DNA from: the human T2T-CHM13v2.0 reference genome, Homo sapiens
NCBI RefSeq assembly: GCF_009914755.1
Contig: NC_060926.1
Direction: 5' to 3' (one strand)
Length of the DNA stretch: 64,000 bases
Part shown: positions 1 through 13,210 of the stretch, piece by piece
Position numbering within the stretch: position 1 is the stretch's first letter
Layout of the letters: each line of letters opens with the position of its first letter
The notes under the pieces: model-generated
The model's database searches: none
Seen by the model: only the letters and a program-made list of their open reading frames with translations
What the model was told of the DNA's origin: nothing
Translations under genes and position numbers: made by a program

Positions 1-429
1 CCCAGGCTGGAGTGCAGTGGCATAATCACAGCTCACTGCAGCCTTGATCTCCCTGGCTCAAGCAATTCTTCCATCTTAGCCTCCTGAGTAGCCAGGGCTA
101 CAGGCGTGCACCACCACACCAGTCTCATTTTTTAACTTTTTGTAGAGATGAGGTTTCACTGTGTTGCCTAGTCTAATCTTGAACAAAGCTCAAGCAGTCC
201 TTATTCCTTGGCCTTCCAAAGTGCTAGGATTACAGATGTGAGCTACTGCATCTTTCCAGGTCTCATATATTCTTTCTCTTCTTTTTTTCCTTTGTCTTCT
301 CCTAGTTTTTCTTCTCCCATTTATAAATGTAAAAACATTCTTAGCTTTCAGGCCATACAAAAACAGGTCATGGGCTTGATTTGGAACTCAAACCACAGTT
401 TGTCAAGTCGTTTTAGAATGCTATAAGTT

Positions 430-1560
430 GATTGCTGGATCATATTATAGGTATATTTTTAACTTTATAAGAAACTGGCAAACTTTTCCAGAGTGGCTGT
501 ACCATTTTGCATTTTGCATTGCCACCAGTAATGTGTGGGAATGTCTGTTGTTCCCCATATTCACCCCCAGTTGGTATTACCAGTTTTTTGTTGTTTTGTT
601 TTTTAGTCACATATGTTTGTATAAGTATCTTATTTTGGTATTTATATGCATGTTCCTAATGGCTAATGAACTTAAGCATTAAACATTTCATAAGCTTATG
701 TACCATCCATGCTCTAGAGAAATGTCTGCTCAAATATTTTGACTACTTTTTTTTAATTGGATTTTTTGTTTTTTAATTGTTGAGTTTTGTTTTTTGGGGA
801 TTTTGGAGCTTTTTGTTTTTTTGTTTTTTGTTTTTTTAAAGAGACAAAGTCTTGTTTCGTTAGCCAGGCTGGAGTGAAGTGGTACAATCATAGCTCACTG
901 CATCCTTGACCTTCTTGGGCTCAAGCAAATCTCCTGCTAATTTTAACAGACAGGGTCTCGCTTTGTTGCCCAGACTGGTCTTGAACTCCTGACTTTAAGA
1001 TATCCTCCCACTTTGACCTCCCAAGGTGCTAAGATAACAGGCGTGAGTCATGTTTTCAGTTTTAAGAGTTCTTTATGCATTTCAGCGTACAAGTTGTTTG
1101 TTGAATCAATGATATGAAAATATTTTCTCACAGTCTGTAGCTATCTTTTTATTCTCTTATTAGCGTCTATCACAGAACACAAGATTTTAACTTTGAGGAT
1201 GCACAGTATATTTATTTTTTCTTTTATGGATTGTGCTTTAGTTACCATGTCTAAAACCTCCTCATCTAACCATCAGTCTTAAAGACTTCTTTCGCCCATA
1301 ATTTATTTAGAAGTGTGTTGTTTAATTTCCAAGTATTTGAACATTTCCCAGTTTTCTTTTTATTACTGATTTGTAGTTTAATTGTATTGTGGTTAGAAAA
1401 CATTTGTTAAGGTTTGTTTTTGACCCAGGACAATGGTCTGTCTTAATGACTCTCCATGTGCATTTAAAATAATATTTATTCTGCAGCTGTTTGCTGGAGT
1501 GTTCTTTAAAAGCCAGTTACATTCATTTGGTTCCTGGCGTTTTTCAGTTCTGGGGATTAT
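430..1560 (-). mobile_element. Old L1 (L1M-type) fragments interrupted by an Alu at ~840-1050
   Basis: L1 ORF2 3'-region-like motifs (ccagagtggctgtaccattttgcatt, gaaatgtctgctcaaatat). Confidence 0.65.
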
Positions 1561-2953
1561 TTGTCTGCTAATAAAATGTAGACCTAGTTCCTCAGAGGAC
1601 CCTGGTCACAGATTTATGGACATAATCATAAATCCCACTTAAGCACTGTTCCAAATTGCTGAAACTCAATTCAATATTACCAGCAACTGTAACAACACAA
1701 CAAATAAATCACATTAGTACCACAATTATTAAGATTGGGAAAGATTTATAATTAGACAGTTGTCACCCAACAAATTCATATTAGATGCTTATATTTTTCT
1801 TGGTAATACCAGAGATCCAAATAATCAAAGCACAAATGAAACAAACACAGCTGAAATCTTTATGCTTTCTATTACTACTTATAATACAATCAGCAACAAT
1901 TTCAGGTTCACCAATCTGCAGAAACATTGTATATCTTTAGGGATGTGCTTTTCTTCTTTTTCCTTAAATTTTTGGTTAAAAAAAAATAAGCAACACTTAA
2001 GTTTCTCAAATGAACAGTCATAATATGTTAACATTTTAACCTACGATATCTAAACAGGAGAGCATTCTAATAAAACCCCTAAACTCACCTGGCCTTTTAG
2101 TAGAGTATTATCTTTACATACAGATATGGAGGAAAATATGTTAAATGTAAATTCTTTTTTCTTCTCTCTATCTTCATTTATTTATTTATTTATTTGAGAC
2201 AGGATGTCCCTTTGTCATCTAGGCTGGAATGCAGTGGTGCTGTCAGAGCTCACTGCAGCCTCAACTTCCTGGACTCAATCGATCCTCCCACCACAGCATC
2301 CTGAGAAGCAGGGACCACAGACATGCACCACCATGTCTGGCTAATTTTTAAAAATTTTTCCCCAGGCTCAGTGTCCAGCTCCTGGGCTCAAGTGATCTGC
2401 CTACCTTGGCCTCCCAAGGGGCTGGAATTACAGGCATGAGCCACTGCACACAGCTGAATTCTTTTCAAAACCAGCAAATCATACATTTCTCATAGAAGTT
2501 AACTTCCACAGAGATGTTTTATTTTCTTTTTCTTTTTTTTTTTCATACTTCGAGGCCAAAAAATTGTCATCAAGATCCTAGCAATTGCTGCAGCCAATCC
2601 CAGGACTTTGCTTCCACAGTAGCTATTGAGCATCAAATGCTCTCTTAGATCATAGACCACAACTTTGATGAGCTTTCATTCTTAGCTATGTCTTAGGATT
2701 CTCCTGAAATATGAAGGGTAGGAAGTTGTATTCCCTAGTTCAAGGGAAAAAAAAATCAATTTAAATTCAATGGTATTAAAAACAATGAATATTTACTTCA
2801 AAAAATTATTATAAAGCAAAATATGGTACAAACTAGTTTTTCCTTCTAAACTCAAATACCTAGCTAGTAATATTCCAAAAATAAACATTAATTATATGGA
2901 AAGAATTTTTAAATTTTTGCAATGCTGAAATTAATCAGTGGGAATACTGACGC

Positions 2954-3766
<813 letters not shown>

Positions 3767-4200
3767 GTCCCCCATCTCAACAGAAAAACCCAAGTGCTGT
3801 TGGGGAAGTTGGCCGAACAACGCTCTTAACTGCTTCCTGCTGAATTGGGGCATAGTAGGGGTCGTGCAGTTGAGATTTCCTCAGGAGGAGTGCCTTTGAT
3901 GTCATCAACATAGGAGCATGGGCTAGGAGGCTGGTCCAGGGGCCCACAGTAGATCTTAGTCATGCATCTGGGGCTCCATTTGAAGAATGATTTGTAGTTT
4001 TATAGCTTTGATTCTGGAAGACACAAACTTAACAAGGAGGTTAAAGATACAGGGATTGAAATGTAGGCCTGAAGTGCAGGGGAATATTTCTTTGGCACAC
4101 GTCACAGGCCCTGACTATCTGCTTGATAGTTTTGAAAAGGCCTGGTCCAGTAAATAATGATTCGGCCATCTGATGGGTGCTATCAATGCCTAAGTGAAAG

Positions 4201-4960
4201 TGTTACTGGGGGGTTCTAGCTCCCAGAGCTCCCAAGATGGTGGCAGGCCCCTTCCAAGATAGCGGCAAGCCTCTTGTTCTCTGACCTGGGGTTCTTGGCC
4301 TCAAAGGTTCCAAAGAATGGAATCTTGGGCCATGCAGTGAGTGTTATAGCTCTATTAGAAGCCATGGGTCACGGAAGAGAACCGTGGAACCCAGTGACTA
4401 GTGTTCAGCTCCATTAGGATGAACCTGGGCACTTAGCCGTGCAGGAACAATGGCAAGCCTTTAGCCCGATCAGGAGTGGCAGCGGGCGCCTCGCTGGATC
4501 AGGAGCACAGTGAACACACTGCTGGATCCAGAGAGGTGGAAGTCAGTGGTGGGTCTGCAACGGTGGCAAACAGCAGTGGTGGATAGCAAGCGAAAGCTCA
4601 GGTCAAGCCGTAACAAACACGGACCAAAAGAGTGTGCAGTTGCAAGATTTAATAGAGTGAAAACAGAGCTTCCATACAAAGGGAGGGGACCCAAAGAGGG
4701 TAGCCATTGCCAGCTCAAATGCCTGGGTTTATATCCTGATCATTATCCCTCCCCCTGTGCTCTCAGGCAATAGATGATTGGCTATTTCTTTACCTCCTGT
4801 TTTTGCCTAGTTAGCATTTTAGTGAACTCTCTTTACTACCTGATTGGTCAGATATGAGTTAAGTTGCAAGCCCCATGTTTAAAGATGGATGCGGTCACCT
4901 TCCCAGCTAGGCTTAGGAATTCTTAGTCGGCCTAGGAAATCCAGTCAGTCCTGTCTCTCA
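4201..4960 (-). repeat. Internal (middle) LTR17, a different variant from the two outer LTRs
   Basis: Exact tgttac...ctctca termini; preceded on the minus strand by a polypurine tract (gagaagggagac) and env 3' sequence. Confidence 0.9.
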
Positions 4961-5252
4961 GTCTCCCTTCTCAACAGGAAAACCCAAGTGCTGTTGGGAG
5001 ATTGGCCGATGATTGCTCTAACTGCTTCCTGCTGAATTGGGGTGTAGTATGGGCTGTTCAGTTGAGATTTCCTCTGGAGAGGTGCCTTTGATGTTATTAA
5101 CTTGGAGCATGGGCTAGCAGGCTGGTCCGGGTCTGCAGTAGATTTTAGTCATGGACTGCATCTGGGGCTCCATTTGAAGAACAATTTGTAGTTTTATAGC
5201 TTTGATTCTGGAAGAGACAAACTTAACAAGGATGTTAAAGATACAGGGATTG

Positions 5253-5343
5253 CAGCAGGTGGAGCTTGCAGTGAGCCGAGATTGCACCACTGCAGTCTGG
5301 CCTTGGTGAAAGAGCGAGACTCCATCTCAAAAAAAAAAAAAAA
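5253..5343 (+). mobile_element. 5'-truncated AluY-type fragment inserted in HERV-W
   Basis: Alu 3' end plus poly(A), flanked by a 16-bp TSD aaagatacagggattg (5237-5252 and 5344-5359); TT|AAAG endonuclease site. Confidence 0.9.
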
Positions 5344-8300
5344 AAAGATACAGGGATTGAAATGTATGGCCTGCAGTGCAGGGGGTTATTTTTTTGACAC
5401 ACTTCACAGGCCCTGACTATCTGCTTGTTAGTTTTGAAAAAGCGTGGTCCAGTAAATAATGATTTGGCCATCTGATGGGTGCTATTAATGCCTAAGTGAA
5501 AGGTTTGGTGAAGGGTTTTAAGTAATTTCTATTGTTTAGTTGCAGGCAAAAGTATTTTTCCTTTTTCGGTGGCTAGCCATTCTGAGGGGAGGAAACTACG
5601 TCCTTGTGAGGTTCCCCGTTCTATTTCTCCTGCTGAGTAGCAGCTTGGGTTCCCAGAGGGGATTACCCCATACTAGGGGTACTTCTATAAGCATTTTTAA
5701 TGGAGAGTTCTGCCTTGTGGCTCTTTTAGCTTTAATACCCGCTTGGCAGTTTCCTTCTATTTTTCTTTCCTTTTCTTTCTGATGACCCCGGCAGTGTAAG
5801 ACTGCCACCTCTTTAGGTTTCTGTACAGCCAATAATAATCTCCTAATGGCTTCCTGATGTTTGATAGGTGTTCCCTCAGAAGTTAGGAATTCCCTTTTTT
5901 TCCATATTGCTGTGTGGGCGTAGAGGACTAGGTAAGAATACTTTGAGTCTGTATGTATATTTACCCTTTTCCCTTTTTTTAATTCTAGTGCCCGAGTGAG
6001 GGCTATTAGTTCTGCCAGCCGAGAGCTAGTTCCTGGAGTGAGGGGATTACTTTCAAGTATTCCATTATTACTGACCACTGCATACCTCGCTTTTGAAGTC
6101 CTTTTTTTACAAAGGAATTTTCATTAATATACAAGTTGAGTTAGGGATTAGTCAAGGGAACCTCTAGAAGGTCCCTCGAGTGGTATAGGTTTGAACAATT
6201 ACCTGTTGACAGTTATGTTTTATCTTTTTCATTGTTTGGAAGAAATGTGGCGGGGTTAAGAGTTGCGCAAGTATGCAGTTGCAGCACTGGCCCTTTAATT
6301 AATAGAGCCTGATATTTAAGCAAACGATTGTCTGACAGCCACAAGTCTCCTTTAGCAGTGAGTATGCTGTTTACATCATGAGATGTCCACACAGTAAGAT
6401 CTCTTCCCTGTATTATTTTAACTGCTTTACATACTAAGACTGCTACTGCCGCCACTACCCGTAAACAATGATGCCAACCCTTTGCCACTACATTAATTTT
6501 CTTACTTAGGTATGCCATGGTTTGCAAGCTGGTCCCTTGAACCTGTGTAAGGACTCCTGGAGCTATTTCTGTTTTTTGTGACATATGAAGAAAAGTCTTG
6601 CCCCGTTGGTAAGCTTAACACTGAGTCTTGGGTTAAGGCCTTTTTTTAGGGCCTGGAAAGCTGCTTTTGCTTTAGGAGTCCATTTTACTAAATGGGTATT
6701 GGCTTTCTGAGCTTCCTTAATTAGTGTATATAATGGCCTGGCTATTTTGCCGTACCTGGGAATCCATATTTGGCAGAAGCCTGTTATGCCAAGGAACCTT
6801 TTATTTGCTTTAGGGTTTTGGGATGAGGATAAGCCAGTATAGGCTGGATACATTTCTTACTGAGGGCCCTGGTGCCTTTGGATAATTTTAGCCCTAAGTA
6901 TTTAACCTGCTGTAAGCAGAGCTGAGCCTTTGGTTTGGAAACCTTGTAGCCACAAGTGGTGAGGAAGTTTAAAAGCGCTTGGGTGGCTTGATGGCACAAG
7001 GTTTTTTCAACAGGCAGCTAGAAGTAGATTATCCATGTACCAAAGGACAAGACTGTTCAGGTATGAGAACTGTCTCAAGTCTTGAGCTAATGCCTGGCCA
7101 AATAGATGTGGGCTATCTCTTAACCCTTGGGGTAAAACAGTCCAGGTGAGTTGAGACATTGGGTTTGAAGCATCTTTAAAGGCAAATAAGAATTGAGAAT
7201 CAGAATGTACAGGGATGCAGAAAAAGGCATCCTTAAGGTCCAGGACTGTAAACCACTCTGCTTCCTCTGGTATTTGGGAAAGCAGAGTAGAAGGGTAAGG
7301 TACAGCTGGGTATAGAGGAACAGCAGCCTCACTGATAATCCTGACATCTTGTACTAACCTCCACTGTCTATTGGGCTTCTTTACTCCTAAAATTGGAGGA
7401 TTGCAGGGGCTATTGCATGGTTTTACTAGGAGTAGGGCTTTTAGGTCCTTAACAATTTTTTGGAGTCCTTGTTGGGCCTCGGGTCTAAGGGGGTACTGCC
7501 TTTGGTAGGGAAAGGAGGTGGAATCCTTTAGTTTAACTAGAACAGGACGGGCATTATTTGCTCGTCCATATTGTCCTTCTGTTGCCCAGACTTTAGGATT
7601 AATTCCTTTTTCAAGCAGGGGACAACAAACGGGTGTTCCTTTTCCTATGTTCAGGTGTATAATGGCCCCTGCTTTTGTTAGAATGTCTTTCCCTAACAAG
7701 GGAGTGGGGTTTTTAGGCATAATTAGAAAAGCATGTGAAAAGAGTAAAGTTCCCCAGTCACAGCTTAGTGGCTGGGAGAAGTATCTAGTGGCTGTCCCAG
7801 GACCCCTTGGATAGTGACAGATCTGGAGGACAGTTGTCCAGGACAGGAGAGTAAGACTGAGAAGGCCACGCCAGTGTCCAGGAGACAGTTAACCTCCTGG
7901 CCCTCAATGGTTAAGCATACCCGGGGCTCTGTGAGGGTGACGGCATGGGCTGGCGCTTGCCCCAGGCACCCTCAGTCCTGCTGCTGGATCATCTGGTTAG
8001 TGGCTTCTGACTCAGAGGACCTTCGTCCCCTGGGGCAGTGGGCCTTCCAGTGATTCCCTTGACATAAGGGGCATGGACGAGGGGGGTGGCTTATTTCTAT
8101 TAGAACAATCTTTTTTAAAGTGTCCTTGTAGATCGCACTGGAAGCAAGCCCTATTAGGCATTCAATTTGTCCAGACTTTCCCTGTTCCAGAGCCTCCGAA
8201 GTCGTGCTTGCCTGAGGGCCATGACTAAAGTGGTGGCCTTTTCTTTATCCCGTTTATCCTGTTCTGCCTGCTCCTCCTGATCTCTATTATAAAAAACCGA

Positions 8301-10249
8301 GGTTGCCAAGTTCAATAGGGTTTCTAAGTTTTGCTCTGGGCCTAAGGTGGACTTTTAAAGTTTTTTTCTAATGTCTGCAGCTGACTGAGTGATAAACTTA
8401 ACCTTTAAGATTAGTTGGCCTTCAACAGAGTCAGGTGACAGAGAGTTTGCTTCCTCAATGCCTCCCTTAGTCTCTACAGAAAGGCAGTAGGATTTTCTTC
8501 CTTTCCTTGTGTTATAGTGAACATCACTGAATAATCTATAGGCTTCTTCCTAGTTTTCCTTAGTCCTTTAGCAAGCAAGTTAGCAAATGTCTGTGGCACC
8601 AATTCCATGTTCTGATTCTGTGTCCCAATGAGGGTCTACACTGGGAACTGCCTGCTGGCCTGTGGGGAATTGTTCTTTTTCCTCTGTTGTCATCCTATCA
8701 TTGACCTGACTGAGATACCAGAGATCACCAAACTCTCAGGCTGCAGTTATGGCAGCACTTCTCTCATTTGGGATTAGTGTCTGATCTAGCAGTAACATTA
8801 TATCTCTCCATGTCAGATCAAAGGATTGTCCTAACCCTTGTAAAGCATCAATATAGCCAACAGGGTTATCTGAGAATTTACCTAGGTCTATTTTAATTTG
8901 CTTCAAGTCTGACAGGGAAAAAGGTACATACACTCTGACAAGGCCGAATTCTCCAGAATACATTTTAGGGGTGTTTTTGCCTTGGGGGGAATGTTTTGCC
9001 AGCACCCCTAGTCATTTTCTGATGAGCTTAGTTCTACAGTGTTCTCTATGGTCCTTTCCACGGTGTGTAACCACCCATGGACCTCTGCTTATCGGATTAG
9101 TTGTGCTCACCAATGTAGCAGTCCTGCACCCCTTTTCCCGCCTTTCTTGACCACAAAGAAAGGGATCCGGGCTGCTGGATTCTAGTGGTCCTTTACCAGC
9201 GTGCCCAACATTGCCTTTGTGCTCAGGGGTGAGTCCTAGAGCTGGGCTGAGTTCCTGAGTCTTTCATAACAACCCGGCTGCCCATCAAGATGCATTCCCA
9301 TAAACAACAGTTCTTATGCAAATCCGTTTCAGAGAGGGTGAAGGTAACCTTTTGAGTCAGGAGTGAGATGGAGTTCTTTGCCCACTAGGGTCTTTGTCCT
9401 TCTTTACTTTTGTAGGAATATGCCCTAAATATTGATATTAAGCTTTTTGTTGCCCCAGATTAAGTCCTTTTGGGTACGAAATATGAGAGAGGGATCCTGT
9501 TTATCTTATGTGCCTTTTTCCTACGAGGAGAGCAAGGAGAAAAAGATGGGCTTGCTGGTTTTGTAGGTACTTTAAGGCTTGGCTGAGTGCAAACAGCTCA
9601 CACGTTTGACAGACCAACGATTAGGGAATTCTCCTAACTCTTCTTCCACAAGAGTCTCACTATCAATTAATGAATACCCATTGTGGTTTTTTTCTCAATC
9701 ACCCGAGAGGAAGCATCTATCCTTGTGTCCCGAAGGGAGTTCCTCCTAGGTCTGGTCGGACCTTTGTATGGTAATTAAGATTTAAATCCCCTGTTAGGAA
9801 AGCTGCTAGGTTAAGGGAATTTTCAGTGGTTAGTGTTAAATCACCGTTTTCTAATAGAATAGCCCGATACTTTAAGATTTTTGAGTTAGTAAGCTACCTT
9901 TTTGCTTTTTTGACTTAGGATAGCTCTGAACTGGTTATGTGTGCTCACAATAAGGTTTCCTCTAAAGGTTATTTTTCTACTTTCTTCTGTTAGCAAAGCA
10001 GTTACCGCTACTGATTGAATGCATTTGGGCCATTTGTGGGTTACTGGGTTAAGAATTTTTGATAGGAAGGCTACAGGTTGTCAGTGGTCTCAGTGTTTCT
10101 GGCTATGCCCTTGTTTACACTGACAACAAGGTAGTATTGGAGTATTATAGGGTCACAGAGAAGACCTTCGATTATCAATTATAGGTTTTAAATTTACCCT
10201 GGCTTTTAAAGGAATAGGGCACACTGTTTTTCTTTACTACTTCTATCTT

Positions 10250-10405
10250 TCTATTTCTTTCTCTCTCTCTCATCTCTGTCTCTCTCTCTCTCCTCTCTGT
10301 CTCTTTCTCTCCCTTTTCTCTCTCTCTGCCTCTTTCTCTCTCTCCTCTCTGTCTCTCTCTCTCTCTCATCTCTGTCTCTCTCTCTGTCTCCTCTCTGTCT
10401 CTGTA
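10250..10405. repeat. (CT/AG)-rich simple repeat in the HERV-W pre-gag leader
   Basis: Imperfect tctctc/tctgtc run; it produces the spurious ERERE ORFs at 10175-10493. Confidence 0.9.
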
Positions 10406-11377
10406 GATGGATTTTGGAAAACAGCAGAAGGAAGTTCGCTTGTTGACCCCATTTGCCACTATAGGAATATGTGCCTCCCTTTAGTTTACTCAATTTGCTT
10501 TCATCCTGATCTATTATGTTGTTGTAGACCCAGTTCCAGAAGTTAAAGTACTAGGTCATCAGTTCTAAGGCCCTGGCCAAGGAGCCAAGGCTTGAAGATT
10601 GTATTGAAGATTGCATTGTGGGGTGGTGGGTCGGGGGATGCTGGGTAGAAATTAGGGGAGGAGAGCATCTTACACAATGAGAGAGGAATCCTAGCCATTT
10701 ACAAACTCAGGGCCTGGCAAGAGTGGTGGAGAACGGGTCCCACATAACTGCCCATGTCAAAAGTTATATACCTAAATTGGGAGGGGCACCAGGGACAAGA
10801 TTCCCTGGTTTCATAGCCTAGATGCCTAAGGATGCAGCATAGTGCTTCCTTAGATCCCTTTGGAGATACAACCTACTCTAATACTTGGGAGAGAAAGTGA
10901 AAGTCTGAAGCATTAGTATCTAGGAGGCAGGGATTGGAGGAAGTAGATTCAGAGGTAAGGAGAATTTTGGGGCTACACTTTCAAGAAAGTCATGGTTAGG
11001 ACCCAAGAGGTATGGGTCAGAAGGACAGGTAGGGGCGCACACATGGGCGACTGTTGAGTAGAGACTTCTAGCCTGCACCATGATCTCGACCGGCCAATGC
11101 CAGGGGTTCAGGACGACAGCTTTCTGCCTCTAGTTGACCCTTGGCATCCCTAGGAAAATTGTGAAAGTGGAAGCTGGTTCCAGGCAGACCAACTCTCCCA
11201 ACCCAGAAGTTGTTAGAAAGCCTTTTCCCAGGAAGCCTCACACCTGAGTCTTTAGTCCGGTGGCCATGCTAATCGTTTTTAACCAGCTGACAGGTGCCCG
11301 GTATTTTCCTCCAATTCTAAGGTAGAGGACAGAATAGCAAGCAAAAGTGGTCTGATATTACTCACTGCTTTGGAGAA

Positions 11378-11396
11378 TCCCCATACGAGGCCACCA
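11378..11396 (-). promoter_or_regulatory. Primer binding site, tRNA-Ile-like
   Basis: Minus strand reads TGGTGGCCTCGTATGGGGA two bases after the LTR end; the complement of the tRNA-Ile(AAU) 3' end is TGGTGGCCCGTACGGGGA. Confidence 0.7.
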
Positions 11397-11398
11397 AA

Positions 11399-12174
11399 TG
11401 TTACCAGCAGATCTTTGTTCTTAGAGCTCCCAAGATGATGATGGGCTGCTCCCAAGATGGGGCAGGCCACTCCCAAGATGGCAGCAAGCCTTTTGTTCTC
11501 TGACCTGGGCTTCTTGGCCTCACAGATTCCAAGGAATGGAAACTTGGGCCATGTGGTGAGTGTTATAGCTCTATCAGAAGCCGTGGGACATGGAAGAGAA
11601 CCATGGAAACCACTGACTAGTGTTCAGCTTGATTAGGATGAACCTCGGCACTTGGTTGTGCAGGAACAAAGGTGAGACTTTAGCCCGATCAGGAGTGGAA
11701 ATGGGTGCCTTGCTGGATCAGGAGCACAACCTGCCAGATCCAGAGGGGTGGGAGTCAATGGCGGGTCTGCAATGGTGGCAAATAGCAGTTGTGGATGGTG
11801 AGCGAAAGCTCAGCTCAAGCCGTAACAAATACGGACAAGAAGAGTGTGCAGTTGCAAGATTTAATAGACTGAAAACAGAGCTCCCATACAATGGGAGGGG
11901 ACCCAAAGGGGGTTGCCACTCCCTGCTCAAATGCCTAGGTTTATATCCTGATCATTGACCCCCCGTTGTGCTCTCAGGTGATATATGATTTGACTATTTC
12001 TTTACCTCCTTCTTTTAGCCTAATTTGTATTTTAGTGAGCCTTCTTTACTACCTGATTGGTCAGGTGTGAGCTGAGTTACCAGCGTTGTGTTTAAAGGTG
12101 GGTGTGGTCACCTTCCCCAGCTAGGCTTAGGAATTCTTAGTCAACCTAGGAAATCCAGCTAGTCCTGTCTCTCA
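11399..12174 (-). repeat. HERV-W 5' LTR (LTR17)
   Basis: TG...CA termini; CCAAT, gatataaac TATA-like box and attaaa polyA signal on the minus strand; followed by a PBS. Confidence 0.92.
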
Positions 12175-12917
12175 ATACTTCAAATATTCTTTACACAGAC
12201 AAGCCATTTAAAAAAAATTAGAGCTTACCTTTGCTTTTCCATCAAAACATATTGTTACTTCTAGGTTTCCTCTTCAATTTGCAAAAGGAAAAGGAAAATA
12301 TAGGTAATTTCTCAATTAAACTTACACCTGATTTTCAATATGAGTTTGTTTATTGAGTGTTTGTATATGTGTGTGTTTGGCAGTTAGAAGTATGCTGAGA
12401 TTTTTATTCTTTTAGCCTTTGGGGGAACTGGACTGGCCCTTCACCTCTGTCCTAATGTAGCTTTTTAATTTTATTACAAATGGGAAACAATGTAATTTTC
12501 TGTATGTTTCATCTGTGAAAAGTATTGGAAAGTTTTGAGTTCATATGTATTTTATTATTGAATTTTAAAATATTTAAAATGAACTTAATTAAATCTTAAA
12601 TTACAGTAACCTTATGCTGTAGTAAGTTGAAGGTAAGCTACCTTCTGTGACCTTGAATAATTTAATTAAATTGAGAAGTCTGTTTTTTTTTTATTATTTG
12701 TTTTGTTTTTAATGGGTAAATTAAATGCCAGGCCTCTGAAGTGAGTTCATATAAGGAACTGGTTGTGGGATTTTTTTTTTAAAAAAATATGCCTATATTA
12801 GAGTCCTACACCAAAAAAATTTAGAGTTTTTGACTCAAACCCAGGCACTGGTATTTGTTCAAGCTCCTGATGTGATAGACCAGTATCTAAGTCCTAATAA
12901 AATATGAAATGATCAAT

Positions 12918-13210
12918 TTTTTTTTTTTTGAGATGGAGTCTTGCTCTGTTGCCCAGGCTTGAGTGCAGTGGCACGATCTTGGCTCACTGCAAGCTCTGCC
13001 TCCTAGGTTCACACCATTCTCCTGCCTCAGTCTCCTGAGTAGCTGGGAACACATGCGCCCACCACCACGCCTGGCTAATTTTTTGTATTTTTAGTAGAGA
13101 CAGGGTTTCACTGTGTTAGCCAGGATGGTCTTGATCTCCTGACCTCGTGATCCACCCACCTCAGCCTCCCAAAGTGCTGGGATTACAGGTGTGAGACACC
13201 GTGCCCAGCC
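12918..13210 (-). mobile_element. AluY
   Basis: Full Alu with gcaagctc and tgttagccaggatgg diagnostics; TSD aaatgatc(a/t)atttt. Confidence 0.9.

Noticed and set aside
7007-7720. 237-aa RT ORF as a functional or domesticated gene
   Set aside because: The active site reads YMDN and the flanks are frameshifted; it is a fragment of a dead pol.
10175-10493. E/R-rich ORFs
   Set aside because: Translation of the (AG)n repeat in the HERV-W leader.
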